Shown here: positions 27,825-37,086 of the stretch, piece by piece
Layout: every line of letters starts with the position of its first letter
Position numbering within the stretch: position 1 is the first letter of the stretch
Source: an uncultured Verrucomicrobiae bacterium
Lineage (GTDB): Bacteria > Chlamydiota > Chlamydiia > Chlamydiales > Rhabdochlamydiaceae
Length of the DNA: 64,000 bases
Direction: 5' to 3'
NCBI GenBank assembly: GCA_963731265.1
Contig: CAVSUE010000002.1
Location: 1-64,000, forward strand
Position numbers and translations under genes: made by a program
Notes under the pieces: model-generated
What the model saw: the letters and a program-made list of their open reading frames with translations, nothing else
Databases searched by the model: none
What the model was told of the DNA's origin: nothing

Positions 27825-29222
27825 ATGGACATTCTCAAGATCAAGGGCGGAAAAGCATTAGAAGGAAGGGTCAAAGCAGCGGGCGCGAAAAATGCTGTCA
27901 CGAAACTTCTCGTCGCTTCTCTTTTGTCGGACAAGCGGTGCGTTTTTCACAATGTTCCCGACATCGCAGAAGTGGAAGTCACTGTTGCCCTTTGCCGTGA
28001 AATCGGTTCGGAAGTGCAATGGGACCGTTCCGCAGGCACGCTTGAAATCTTCACCAAAGAATTAAAGACCTCTTACGTTCCGCAGCGTTTTTCAGGATCT
28101 AATCGCATCCCCATTTTAATGATCGGCGCCCTTCTAGGCCGCACGGACGAGGACATCATTGTTCCTACGGCAGGAGGTTGTAAAATCGGCAAACGTCCCG
28201 TTGACTTCCACGTCACAGCTTTGGAAAAACTGGGAGCGACGATCGAATACCGCGAAATGAAAAAAGAAGGCGCCTATTTTGCACGTGCCCATCACGGCAT
28301 GAAAGGATCGATCATCCATCTTTCCTATCCTTCCGTTGGCGCTACGGAAAATACGATCATGGCGGCCGTACGGGCCAAAGGAACGACTGTCATTAAAAAT
28401 GCCGCCACTGAACCCGAAATTGTCGATCTCATTCTCTTTCTTCAAAAACTCGGTGTGACAATCGGCCTCGACGCGGACCGTACAATCCACATCCAGCAAG
28501 CGAGCCATTTTCACGAAGTGGAACACGTCGTGATCACCGACCGCATTGAAGCCGCTTCTCTCGGGCTTGCAGGCATCAGCACAAAAGGAAGAGTTTTCGT
28601 CGAAGGCGCGCAACATCTCCATATGATCACATTCCTCAATCGACTGCGCGAAGTTAATGCAGGATTTGAAGTCAAAAAAGATGGAATCGAGTTTTTTTAC
28701 AAAGGGCCACTGAAAGGCGGCATTCATATTGAGACCGATGTACATCCCGGTTTCATGACCGATTGGCAGCAGCCCTTTGTCGTTTTGTTGACGCAATCCC
28801 ATGGCGCTTCTGTCGTCCATGAGACTGTATATGAGAATCGTTTTGGATACACCGAAACGTTAAGGCTGATGGGCGCCGACATCGAAGCTTTCACGCAATG
28901 CCTCGGCGGCAAAGATTGCCGTTTCGCTTCGCAGAATTTTCAGCATAGCATCGTCGTCAAAGGTCCGACGCCTTTGCAGTCCAAAGACATCGTTATCCCC
29001 GATTTGCGCGCAGGGTTCGCCTACGTCCTCGCCGCCTTGCTAGCGCCCGACCAAAGCCACATCAGCGGCATCCACTATCTCGACAGAGGCTATGAACATA
29101 TTGTTCACAAGCTCTCTTCCCTCGGAGCAGATATCAGCCGCGAAAAAGCCCCGGATTCCAGTTTGAAACCTTTAGTCAAAGCTTTGGCCGTCGCTGCGGA
29201 AAATAAAGCCCTCGCAAAGTAA
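27825..29222 (+). CDS. murA: UDP-N-acetylglucosamine 1-carboxyvinyltransferase
   Basis: GAKNA, GGCKIGKRPVDFH, PSVGATEN, PGFMTDWQQP, ETVYENRF, DLRAG, LDRGYE; start set at ATG 27825. Confidence 0.95.
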   Translation: MDILKIKGGKALEGRVKAAGAKNAVTKLLVASLLSDKRCVFHNVPDIAEVEVTVALCREIGSEVQWDRSAGTLEIFTKELKTSYVPQRFSGSNRIPILMIGALLGRTDEDIIVPTAGGCKIGKRPVDFHVTALEKLGATIEYREMKKEGAYFARAHHGMKGSIIHLSYPSVGATENTIMAAVRAKGTTVIKNAATEPEIVDLILFLQKLGVTIGLDADRTIHIQQASHFHEVEHVVITDRIEAASLGLAGISTKGRVFVEGAQHLHMITFLNRLREVNAGFEVKKDGIEFFYKGPLKGGIHIETDVHPGFMTDWQQPFVVLLTQSHGASVVHETVYENRFGYTETLRLMGADIEAFTQCLGGKDCRFASQNFQHSIVVKGPTPLQSKDIVIPDLRAGFAYVLAALLAPDQSHISGIHYLDRGYEHIVHKLSSLGADISREKAPDSSLKPLVKALAVAAENKALAK

Positions 29223-29395
29223 GAGGATGTCTACCAAGTGAGGTTCTGTCGATTTTTCGGTTCTTTTGAGCTGATTTTCGAATTCTTTTTGCGGGGGTTG
29301 TATCAACTTGCGTATACTTCCCCCGCAAAAAGAATCGAAAAGCGGGTAAAATAATCCAAAAGCTGGACGAACCCTCACTTTGTAGACATACTCTA
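29220..29395. mobile_element. Palindromic MITE starting at the murA stop codon
   Basis: Ends TAAGAGGATGTCTACCAAGTGAGGTTC / GAACCCTCACTTTGTAGACATACTCTA; perfect 16-bp internal stem ATTCTTTTTGCGGGGG / CCCCCGCAAAAAGAAT. Confidence 0.75.
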
Positions 29396-29471
29396 AGTTG
29401 ACCATTGCTTTTTAATAACTTCTATTATATATCCTTCTAAATTAATTTAACTCGATTTTAGCTGGATATAA

Positions 29472-30443
29472 ATGGTTAATATTCCTTTATGGAGAACGGT
29501 TCAACGGAATAATTTTACAGATTGGAAAAAACTTTTAACGTTTTTGAATTTCGATTCCGTTAAAGAAAACCATATCCTTCCTGAATCAACATTTCCTCTC
29601 AATCTGCCATTGCGCCTTGCGCAAAAAATCCAAAGGAATCATTGGGACGATCCGATATTGCGCCAATTCCTGCCAACAGTCGAAGAGCTTAAGCCCTCGC
29701 CGCTCTTTCTATTAGATCCCGTTGGGGATGAATCTTTTCGCCCCAAGCCCAAACTCCTCCATAAATACCATGGCAGGGCCTTGCTCGTGTGCACGAGCGC
29801 TTGCGCTATGAACTGCCGCTACTGTTTCCGTCAGCATTTCGAATATGAGACAAAAGGGAAGATGTTTACCGAAGAACTCGAGGCTATTGGAAGCGACTCC
29901 TCTATTTCTGAAGTTTTGCTCAGCGGCGGGGATCCTCTTTCTTTATCAGACACTCAACTTGGAGAGCTTCTTAATCAACTGGGAGTGATTCCCCACGTGA
30001 AAAGAATCCGTTTCCACACCCGTTTTCCAATGGGGATACCTGAAAGGATCGACTCGTCGTTTCTTCATTTGCTCGCTTCTTGCAAGAAGCAAATCATTTT
30101 CATCATTCATTGCAACCATCCTCAAGAATTCGATTCCGTCATTTTCGATCATTTGAAAACAATTCAATTACTCGGAATCCCCATCCTATCCCAAACTGTC
30201 CTCCTGCGCGGAGTTAATGATCGATTAGAAATACTGAAAAATCTTTACGAAATTTTAATCAATCATGGTATCATGCCCTACTACTTGCACCAGCTGGACC
30301 GAGTTCAAGGCGCTGCCCATTTCGAAGTCTCGGAAGAGGAGGGCAAAGTTTTGATGAGTCGGTTGAGCGCGATTTTGCCCGGCTATGCGATTCCCAAGTA
30401 TGTTAGGGAAGTGGCGGGGGAGACAAGTAAGTCGATGATTTAG
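29472..30443 (+). CDS. epmB: KamA-family radical SAM protein (EF-P beta-lysylation lysine 2,3-aminomutase)
   Basis: LLHKYHGRALL, CAMNCRYCFR, LSGGDPL, HTRFP, PYYLHQLDRVQGAAHF. Confidence 0.85.
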   Translation: MVNIPLWRTVQRNNFTDWKKLLTFLNFDSVKENHILPESTFPLNLPLRLAQKIQRNHWDDPILRQFLPTVEELKPSPLFLLDPVGDESFRPKPKLLHKYHGRALLVCTSACAMNCRYCFRQHFEYETKGKMFTEELEAIGSDSSISEVLLSGGDPLSLSDTQLGELLNQLGVIPHVKRIRFHTRFPMGIPERIDSSFLHLLASCKKQIIFIIHCNHPQEFDSVIFDHLKTIQLLGIPILSQTVLLRGVNDRLEILKNLYEILINHGIMPYYLHQLDRVQGAAHFEVSEEEGKVLMSRLSAILPGYAIPKYVREVAGETSKSMI

Positions 30444-30453
30444 GCGGTTACGT

Positions 30454-31485
30454 ATGTGGCATCTCTTATTTTTTTTCAGTTGTTTATTCTCGACGCTCTA
30501 TGCTCAAGTGATCCCTGAGAAAATACTCATTTGCGGTGTTGCTAAAAGTGTTGAAAGAGCGATCTCTAATGACATTCAATCTGCTACAGATTTAGGCCGC
30601 TGTTTTTTAGATTACCGTATCATCATTTATGAAAATAACTCCGCTGATGCGACAAAGCAGCTTTTTGATGAATGGGCTGAAATGGATCCCCATGTTATCT
30701 TTTTATCGGAAATGCTTCCCCGGAGGGCATTGGCTGAGCAGTCCAACATGAAAATATGCAATCGAACGGAAATGATCGCCAGGGCCCGCAATAAAGTCCT
30801 CGATGTCGCGATGCAGAGCCAATACGATGATTTTAAATATATCGTTTGGGCTGATTTGGATTTTGTGCAACGCTGGGATATCGAAAATGTCCTCAACACA
30901 ATTCTGAATCCCGAAGAGGAATGGGATGCGGTTTTAGCTAATGGTGCGTACGATTTGTTCGCTTTTCGAGACCCCCAATTTCCCATAGGTTTTGAACTTC
31001 TCGGAGACAAATATTGGCAAAATTTGGACAAAGTTCTTGCTCGATTTTCTCTTGATCCAAATGGCCCTTGGCGAAAAGTTTATTCCGCATTTGGCGGACT
31101 TGGAATTTACAAAAGAGAATCGATAAAAGGGTGCCGTTATTCCGGAACGGTGACAAGGGACCTGGAGAAAGTTGTGATCGACTGGCTTAAAAAAGCAAAT
31201 GACAACCAAGACGTTTGCCTTTGGAACGAATATCAGGCGCTTCGCTCCTCCGCGACAGTCCTTACTTTAAAAAAAGAGAGGGTCGCAAATCGAAAACAGT
31301 ATCCAAAAGAATTGGGTGTCCGTCTCATGAATCCACTGGGGATCGGCAGAATCGTTTGGTTCTCATGCACTGAAGGCACCACACTTCCTTGGACATGCGA
31401 GCATGTCCCCTTTCATGCATCGATGGCCTTACGAGGCCATGACAAAATCTATATCAATCCCCGAATCATTGTAAACTGGCCCTAA
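30454..31485 (+). CDS. Exported GT-A-fold glycosyltransferase-like protein
   Basis: Signal peptide; IIIYENNSADAT, ARARNKVLD, WADLD (DxD), YDLFAFRD, VYSAFGGLGIYK, CEHVPFH. Confidence 0.65.
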   Translation: MWHLLFFFSCLFSTLYAQVIPEKILICGVAKSVERAISNDIQSATDLGRCFLDYRIIIYENNSADATKQLFDEWAEMDPHVIFLSEMLPRRALAEQSNMKICNRTEMIARARNKVLDVAMQSQYDDFKYIVWADLDFVQRWDIENVLNTILNPEEEWDAVLANGAYDLFAFRDPQFPIGFELLGDKYWQNLDKVLARFSLDPNGPWRKVYSAFGGLGIYKRESIKGCRYSGTVTRDLEKVVIDWLKKANDNQDVCLWNEYQALRSSATVLTLKKERVANRKQYPKELGVRLMNPLGIGRIVWFSCTEGTTLPWTCEHVPFHASMALRGHDKIYINPRIIVNWP

Positions 31486-31487
31486 AC

Positions 31488-33251
31488 TCACATCCGCTCG
31501 AGGGTCTTGAGGCCAAGCAGATTCAATCCTTTTTCTAAAATGCGCGATGTCGCCTCGCACAGAAGCAGGCGGCTTTCTTCCAGGGGATCGCCTTCGACGC
31601 GACAATCGCGGAAAAAAGCGTGGAATTTTTCGGCGAGCTCGTAAAGATAATCGCAGAGGCGATTAGGGAGAAGATCGCGCGACATGACATCGAGAGTCTC
31701 GCCGAATCTGCGCAATTGCAAGGCAAGAGTGATTTCGGTCGGATGTTCCAAAATGACATGGGTTCTTTTCAGGACATCGGCAACATCTTTGCCGACTTTG
31801 CGTTTGATGCCATTAATACGCACATAAGCATAGAGAAGGAACGCTGCCGTATTCCCTTCAAATTTCAACATCCGGTCATAACTGAACACGTAATCCTTAA
31901 TGCGATGGCAAGAAAGATCAGAATATTTGATCGCATCAACGCCGAGAATTTCGGAGGCGCGGTCCAATTCACTTTCTGAAAGATCCGGCAGCCGCTCTTG
32001 CATGATCTTTTTGGCATGTTTAACGGCCTCCATCAGAAGATCGATCAGTTTTTCCGTTTCACCGGAACGTGTTTTAAATTTTTTTCCATCAGGACCCAGC
32101 ACGACGCCAAAAGGGACATGGTCAAAACGCACTTTTTCTGGATCGAGATAGCCCGCTTTTTCGGCGGCCTTAAAAAGCATCGCAAAATGCAGACTCTGCC
32201 CGGCGTCTGTCAGAATGATGATACGATCAGCTTTTTCTAACTGAATGCGGTGCCGCATAGCCGCTAAATCTGTCGTGTCATAGTTGTACCCGCCATCGGA
32301 TTTTTGCACGATCATCGGCAAGGGGGTCCCGTCACGGCTGACAAAGCCTTCTAGAAAGAGGCACTTGGCTCCGTCTGAAATCGTGAGGAGGCCCTTTTGG
32401 GTCAAATCATCGATGATTTCGGGAAGGTAAGGATTATAAAAAGATTCACCGCGTTCATTGATTTTGACATCGAGAAGGTCGTAAATTTGTTGGTAGGACC
32501 GGCGGGAAATCTCGCAAATCACCTGCCAGGCGGCGCGCGTTTCGGGATTGCCGCTTTGCAATTGGACAACTTGGAGCTGAGCGTGTTTTTTGAAATCGGG
32601 ATCTTCATCGAACCGTTTTTTAGAGTCTTTATACCATCCCATCAACGTGATGAGGTCCGTCTTTTTTTTGCCTTTGACAACGTCGGGCACGGTCTCTTGC
32701 ATGTATGCGATAAGCATCCCAAACTGCGTTCCCCAATCACCGATATGATTAAGGCGAAGAACATTGTGGCCTAAAAATTCAAATAGCCGGGCTATGGAAT
32801 CCCCAATGATCGTCGAGCGCAAATGCCCAACATGCAGTTCTTTCGCGACATTCGGAGAGGAAAATTCGACGATGACTCTCTGCTTTTCTTTCGGTTCCGG
32901 AACTCCGAAACGTTCATCAAGCAATAGCGCATCGATCTGCGAAGCGAGAAAAGAAGGTGCAAGCGTGACATTGATGAATCCCGGACCGACGATCTCCAAT
33001 TTTTCGATCATTTCTTTACTTTGATAGCTACGATCGAAACGCGAAACGATCTTCTCTGCGGCTTCACGGGGAGACATACGCAAAGCCTTCCCAATTTTGA
33101 GAGCGCTGTTGCACTGATAATCGCCGAATCGGACCTGCGTGCTCGGCGTCACTTCGGCTTCCAGTAGTTTGGGATCTTCAACAACAGATCCAAAGGAAGA
33201 CTGAATCGCTTCTTCAGCCTTTTGAAAAAGAACAGAGATGATGTTTTGCAT
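31488..33251 (-). CDS. argS: Arginine--tRNA ligase
   Basis: FGDYQCN, GPGFIN, EFSSPNVAKELHVGHLRST, NHIGDWGTQFG, KFKTRSG. Confidence 0.97.
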   Translation of the reverse strand: MQNIISVLFQKAEEAIQSSFGSVVEDPKLLEAEVTPSTQVRFGDYQCNSALKIGKALRMSPREAAEKIVSRFDRSYQSKEMIEKLEIVGPGFINVTLAPSFLASQIDALLLDERFGVPEPKEKQRVIVEFSSPNVAKELHVGHLRSTIIGDSIARLFEFLGHNVLRLNHIGDWGTQFGMLIAYMQETVPDVVKGKKKTDLITLMGWYKDSKKRFDEDPDFKKHAQLQVVQLQSGNPETRAAWQVICEISRRSYQQIYDLLDVKINERGESFYNPYLPEIIDDLTQKGLLTISDGAKCLFLEGFVSRDGTPLPMIVQKSDGGYNYDTTDLAAMRHRIQLEKADRIIILTDAGQSLHFAMLFKAAEKAGYLDPEKVRFDHVPFGVVLGPDGKKFKTRSGETEKLIDLLMEAVKHAKKIMQERLPDLSESELDRASEILGVDAIKYSDLSCHRIKDYVFSYDRMLKFEGNTAAFLLYAYVRINGIKRKVGKDVADVLKRTHVILEHPTEITLALQLRRFGETLDVMSRDLLPNRLCDYLYELAEKFHAFFRDCRVEGDPLEESRLLLCEATSRILEKGLNLLGLKTLERM

Positions 33252-33257
33252 TTTCTA

Positions 33258-34364
33258 TTATTTTGCGTGATGGAAACAAGGAGGTTCAATGCGTTTGCCG
33301 ATGCGGTACTTGAGCCGATAATCAGCAAGCGACACAGCAGCGCGGTGCGTCGAAAAGCGGTTTTGTTCGGCAATGTCGTAAATAACCATGAGTTGGTCGT
33401 AAAGCCGATGGACTTTTCTTCTCGCTTTCATAGGATTGTAGCCGTTCCCATCAAGCTCATACGTCACATTGATCAACCCCCCCGCATTGATGACAAAATC
33501 CGGGGCGTAAAGGATTCCTCTTGCAAGTAGATCATCGGCATCGGAATCTTGGAGCAATTGGTTGTTGGCGCAGCCTGCGATCGCTTTGCAATTGAGGTCC
33601 GGTATCGTCTGCGGATTGATCGAGCCGCCCATAGCACAAGGGGCTAGAACATCGCACTCTTCGCTTAAGATATCGACGGTGGGGACGACCCTGGCGCCCG
33701 TCAACTCGGCGATGCGGCGGCATCTCGAGGCATCGATATCCGAAACGACGAGCTGGGCTCCATGCCAATACAATAATTTTGCAAGCTCGTAGCCGACGCT
33801 GCCAAGACCTTGAATAGCAATGGTGCGATGCTCGAGAGCATCTGAATCAGTCAGTTTTTTGAGGACGGACTGGATTCCCCGAAAAGTCCCCCAAGCAGTG
33901 AATGGGGAAGGGTTGCCACTGCTTTTTGCATGGGGCAGCCCCACCACATAAGGAGTGGCTCTGCTGATCTCAAGAACATCTTCAGGCGTGCTGCCGACAT
34001 CCTCAGCGCAGATATATTCGCCTTGAAGTCGATCGACAGCCAGGCCAAAAGCGTAAAGCAATTCTTTAGTTTTATTCTTTTTCGGGTCAGCAATAATGAC
34101 GCTTTTTCCTCCGCCCCACCCCGCCTCGGCAATAGCAGACTTATAAGTCATCCCTTTGGCAAGACGGATAGCGTCGTTCAAAGCAGCGTCGAAGGTCGCA
34201 TAAGGGTAGATTCTAGTCCCGCCGAGCGCCGGCCCCATGGCGGTATTGTGAATGCAGATGATCGCTTTCAGCCCGACATCGTTATTGGTCACTTTGATGA
34301 CCTTCTCATAACCAGGGACTATCAGTTCTTCCAATTCCAGGGCCTGCTCTAAAACTAGCGTCAT
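33258..34364 (-). CDS. ldh: Leu/Phe/Val (Glu/Leu/Phe/Val family) dehydrogenase
   Basis: GPALGGTR, MTYKSA, GGGKSVI, AEDVG, QGLGSVG, GCANNQL, YAPDFVINAGG. Confidence 0.9.
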   Translation of the reverse strand: MTLVLEQALELEELIVPGYEKVIKVTNNDVGLKAIICIHNTAMGPALGGTRIYPYATFDAALNDAIRLAKGMTYKSAIAEAGWGGGKSVIIADPKKNKTKELLYAFGLAVDRLQGEYICAEDVGSTPEDVLEISRATPYVVGLPHAKSSGNPSPFTAWGTFRGIQSVLKKLTDSDALEHRTIAIQGLGSVGYELAKLLYWHGAQLVVSDIDASRCRRIAELTGARVVPTVDILSEECDVLAPCAMGGSINPQTIPDLNCKAIAGCANNQLLQDSDADDLLARGILYAPDFVINAGGLINVTYELDGNGYNPMKARRKVHRLYDQLMVIYDIAEQNRFSTHRAAVSLADYRLKYRIGKRIEPPCFHHAK

Positions 34365-34526
34365 GGCTTCCTCATCCTCATTATAAATTCCTAGAAACGA
34401 AAGGAGGGAATCATATCAATTTTTGAGAACAAAATCAACCTTGAAGATTAAACAGAGCTGTTATACTCTTACCCTTCGTCAATAAATTCGTATTCGTTGA
34501 ACAATTCATTCACAGCAGGGGAAAAA

Positions 34527-35276
34527 ATGGGTGCAGTTGCGATTTCTGAAACTCTTAAAGATGAGCTGCTTAAATTCTTGAAAAAAAACAAAAAAGCTGA
34601 TCTCATCACAACCTATCTTTTTTTTCTGGAAAAAAAATTTAACATAGATCCCGTCCTCTTTATCCGCGATAAGATGATCTTTCAAAGTCAAGACGACTTG
34701 GTCAAGAAGTTAGAATCTCAAGGAAAACTTTGGCGCGAGACAGAAATTAAAATTCAATATGGCCAGCAAAGCGTCAATGAACAGACTAAGAAAATTTATA
34801 TCTGCCCTTTCACCGGCAAAGTTTTTGGAGACAACACACATCCAAACCCCCAAGACGCCATTTATGATTGGGTCGGCAAATGCCCTGAAAATAAAGAAAG
34901 GGTCGGAGGACTGAAAGCCAAACGTTTTTTTGTTTCTGAAGATGCTGAAGTGATTAAAAATTACATCGTCAAACGGAAAGAGCCGATTACAAAAATTGTG
35001 TATTCGTCTGCTGTGACCGGAAAATTATTCAACAGCAAAGAATCCGTCCTCGACGATTTCAAGAAAAATCAACTTAAACCTATCCCGCTGGAAGAAGTGC
35101 CGAATCAAAATCGATTCCAAATCGAAGAAAATTTCCTCGCTTTTATCCAAAAACAGCTTGAAGAAAGCAAAATCAACGCTTTCGTAGAATCTCTCTCACA
35201 ATTCGAAGAATTTTCTTCCTACATCGATCAATGGTTGGAAGAAGTTAAAGAAGAAAGCGAGGAAGAAGAACAATAG
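34527..35276 (+). CDS. Conserved chlamydial protein (DUF2709-like)
   Basis: IYICPFTGKVFGDNTHPNPQDAIYDWV and position upstream of tsaE. Confidence 0.75.
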   Translation: MGAVAISETLKDELLKFLKKNKKADLITTYLFFLEKKFNIDPVLFIRDKMIFQSQDDLVKKLESQGKLWRETEIKIQYGQQSVNEQTKKIYICPFTGKVFGDNTHPNPQDAIYDWVGKCPENKERVGGLKAKRFFVSEDAEVIKNYIVKRKEPITKIVYSSAVTGKLFNSKESVLDDFKKNQLKPIPLEEVPNQNRFQIEENFLAFIQKQLEESKINAFVESLSQFEEFSSYIDQWLEEVKEESEEEEQ

Positions 35277-35279
35277 AAT

Positions 35280-35705
35280 ATGCTCTTTACAACAAGTTCC
35301 GCGGAAGAAACCCATCAACTCGGCAAAGCCTTTGGACAATCCTTGCAAGGCGGCTCAGTCATGGCTTTTTTTGGAGACCTCGGAGCAGGAAAAACCACCT
35401 TCATCCGGGGGCTTGCGGAAGGAACCGGCTTTGCCGATTTACGAAGCGTATGCAGCCCAACTTTCACTTTTTTGAACACATACCTGGGAAATAAAGCAAT
35501 TTTTCATTTCGATCTCTATCGACTGCCCAATGAGAAGGAATTTTTTGAAGCGGGCTTTGATGAGTACCTGACTGCAGATGGCATCTGCTGCATTGAATGG
35601 GCTGAAAAAATTGCTCCTTCATTGCCCTCCCATGCCTACATCGTGACTTTGTCCTATGTCGGAGAAAATGCAAGACAAATCGAAATCTTAAGGAAAGCGG
35701 GATGA
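35280..35705 (+). CDS. tsaE: tRNA threonylcarbamoyladenosine biosynthesis ATPase
   Basis: GDLGAGKTTF, SPTFT, HFDLYRL, IEWAE. Confidence 0.93.
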   Translation: MLFTTSSAEETHQLGKAFGQSLQGGSVMAFFGDLGAGKTTFIRGLAEGTGFADLRSVCSPTFTFLNTYLGNKAIFHFDLYRLPNEKEFFEAGFDEYLTADGICCIEWAEKIAPSLPSHAYIVTLSYVGENARQIEILRKAG

Positions 35706-36322
35706 AAAAAAGCACTTTCAATCAAGCTCGATTTATTGCTTCTGCATTTGACACAAAAAGTTTTCCAAAAATGTCTTCTTTGGGCGGCGATCCGCTGCCC
35801 GAAATCGCTATCGTCGGCCGTTCCAATGTCGGAAAATCTTCGCTGATCAATCATCTGTTAAAGACCAAGCTGGCAAAGACTTCTTCCACGCCCGGCAAGA
35901 CCCAATCGATCAATTTTTATGCAATCGATGAACAGATCTCCCTCGTAGACCTTCCCGGTTACGGCTACGCCCAAGTTTCCAAGCCAATCCGAGATCAGTG
36001 GGCGGGCATGATCGATGAATATCTACAAAAGAGAACCGAGCTGAAATTGATCCTGTTTCTCATCGATTCACGGCGAGAGCCGACCCCAGAAGATTGCGCC
36101 TTCGTCGAATGGGCAGCATTTCATCGAAAACCGGTTTTGTTCGTCTTTACTAAAACAGACAAGCTCTCTGAGGCGGAAAAACAGCAAAACATCCGATCGT
36201 CAATGGCGGCTTTTATTAATCTACTTCCAGAGAACGCACCTCTTTTTCTTCCTTATTCGATTAAAGACCCGCATGCTAGAATGGAGATCATCAAAAAAAT
36301 CAACAGTCTAATGGTCTCCTAA
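35702..36322 (+). CDS. engB: Ribosome biogenesis GTP-binding protein YihA/EngB
   Basis: GRSNVGKSSLIN, TPGKTQ, DLPGYGYA, TKTD. Confidence 0.93.
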   Translation: MKKSTFNQARFIASAFDTKSFPKMSSLGGDPLPEIAIVGRSNVGKSSLINHLLKTKLAKTSSTPGKTQSINFYAIDEQISLVDLPGYGYAQVSKPIRDQWAGMIDEYLQKRTELKLILFLIDSRREPTPEDCAFVEWAAFHRKPVLFVFTKTDKLSEAEKQQNIRSSMAAFINLLPENAPLFLPYSIKDPHARMEIIKKINSLMVS

Positions 36323-37072
36323 ATGGGTCTGATAAACAAAGACGTCTTCGTCTGTCTGGATTGTGAAACGACGGGCTTGGATTTGGAAAAAGACCGCATT
36401 ATCGAAATCGCCATTGTCCGGTTTGATTTCGATCAAACCTTCGAATCTTTCGAAACGCTGATCGATCCTTTGATGGCCATCCCCGAAATTTCCATCGCTA
36501 TCCATCACATTAACGATCACATGGTAAAGGGGAAGCCTAAAATTTCGGAAATCTTCTCCCAAATCCTGGCTTTGATCGGAAGATCGATCATTGTGGGACA
36601 TGGCATTACCAACGATCTGGCTTTTCTTTGCGCTGCCGCGAAGCAGTACAATATTCCTTGTAAACTCGCCTCCCATCCTTTTCTCGATACGCTCCGCATG
36701 GCTCGGCTGTATGGGGAAAGCCCCATTAATTCTCTAGAAAAACTCCGCCAGCATTTCAATATTCCCGATGAAGGGGCGCATCGCGCCATGAATGATGTGA
36801 TCGTCAATATCGAAGTCTTCAAATATCTCGCCAAACAATTTAAAACAACAGAACAGCTCGTCAATCGGCTCAAAAGTCCGATCCAGCTTCGGACAATGCC
36901 TCTTGGCAAACACAAAGGACGCACCTTTGCAGAAATTCCTGTTGAATACTTGCGTTGGGCCGTGAACCAAAATTTCGATCAAGACCTGCTCTTTTCTCTT
37001 AAAACCGAATTGAAAAAGCGAAACAAAGGTGCAAATTTTGGACAAGCAGCAAATCCTTTTGCAAATTTATAG
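36323..37072 (+). CDS. dnaQ: DnaQ-like DEDDh 3'-5' exonuclease with C-terminal MPxGKHKG domain
   Basis: LDCETTGL, VGHGITND, AHRAMND, MPLGKHKG. Confidence 0.8.
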   Translation: MGLINKDVFVCLDCETTGLDLEKDRIIEIAIVRFDFDQTFESFETLIDPLMAIPEISIAIHHINDHMVKGKPKISEIFSQILALIGRSIIVGHGITNDLAFLCAAAKQYNIPCKLASHPFLDTLRMARLYGESPINSLEKLRQHFNIPDEGAHRAMNDVIVNIEVFKYLAKQFKTTEQLVNRLKSPIQLRTMPLGKHKGRTFAEIPVEYLRWAVNQNFDQDLLFSLKTELKKRNKGANFGQAANPFANL

Positions 37073-37086
37073 AGAAGCAAGTCGCT

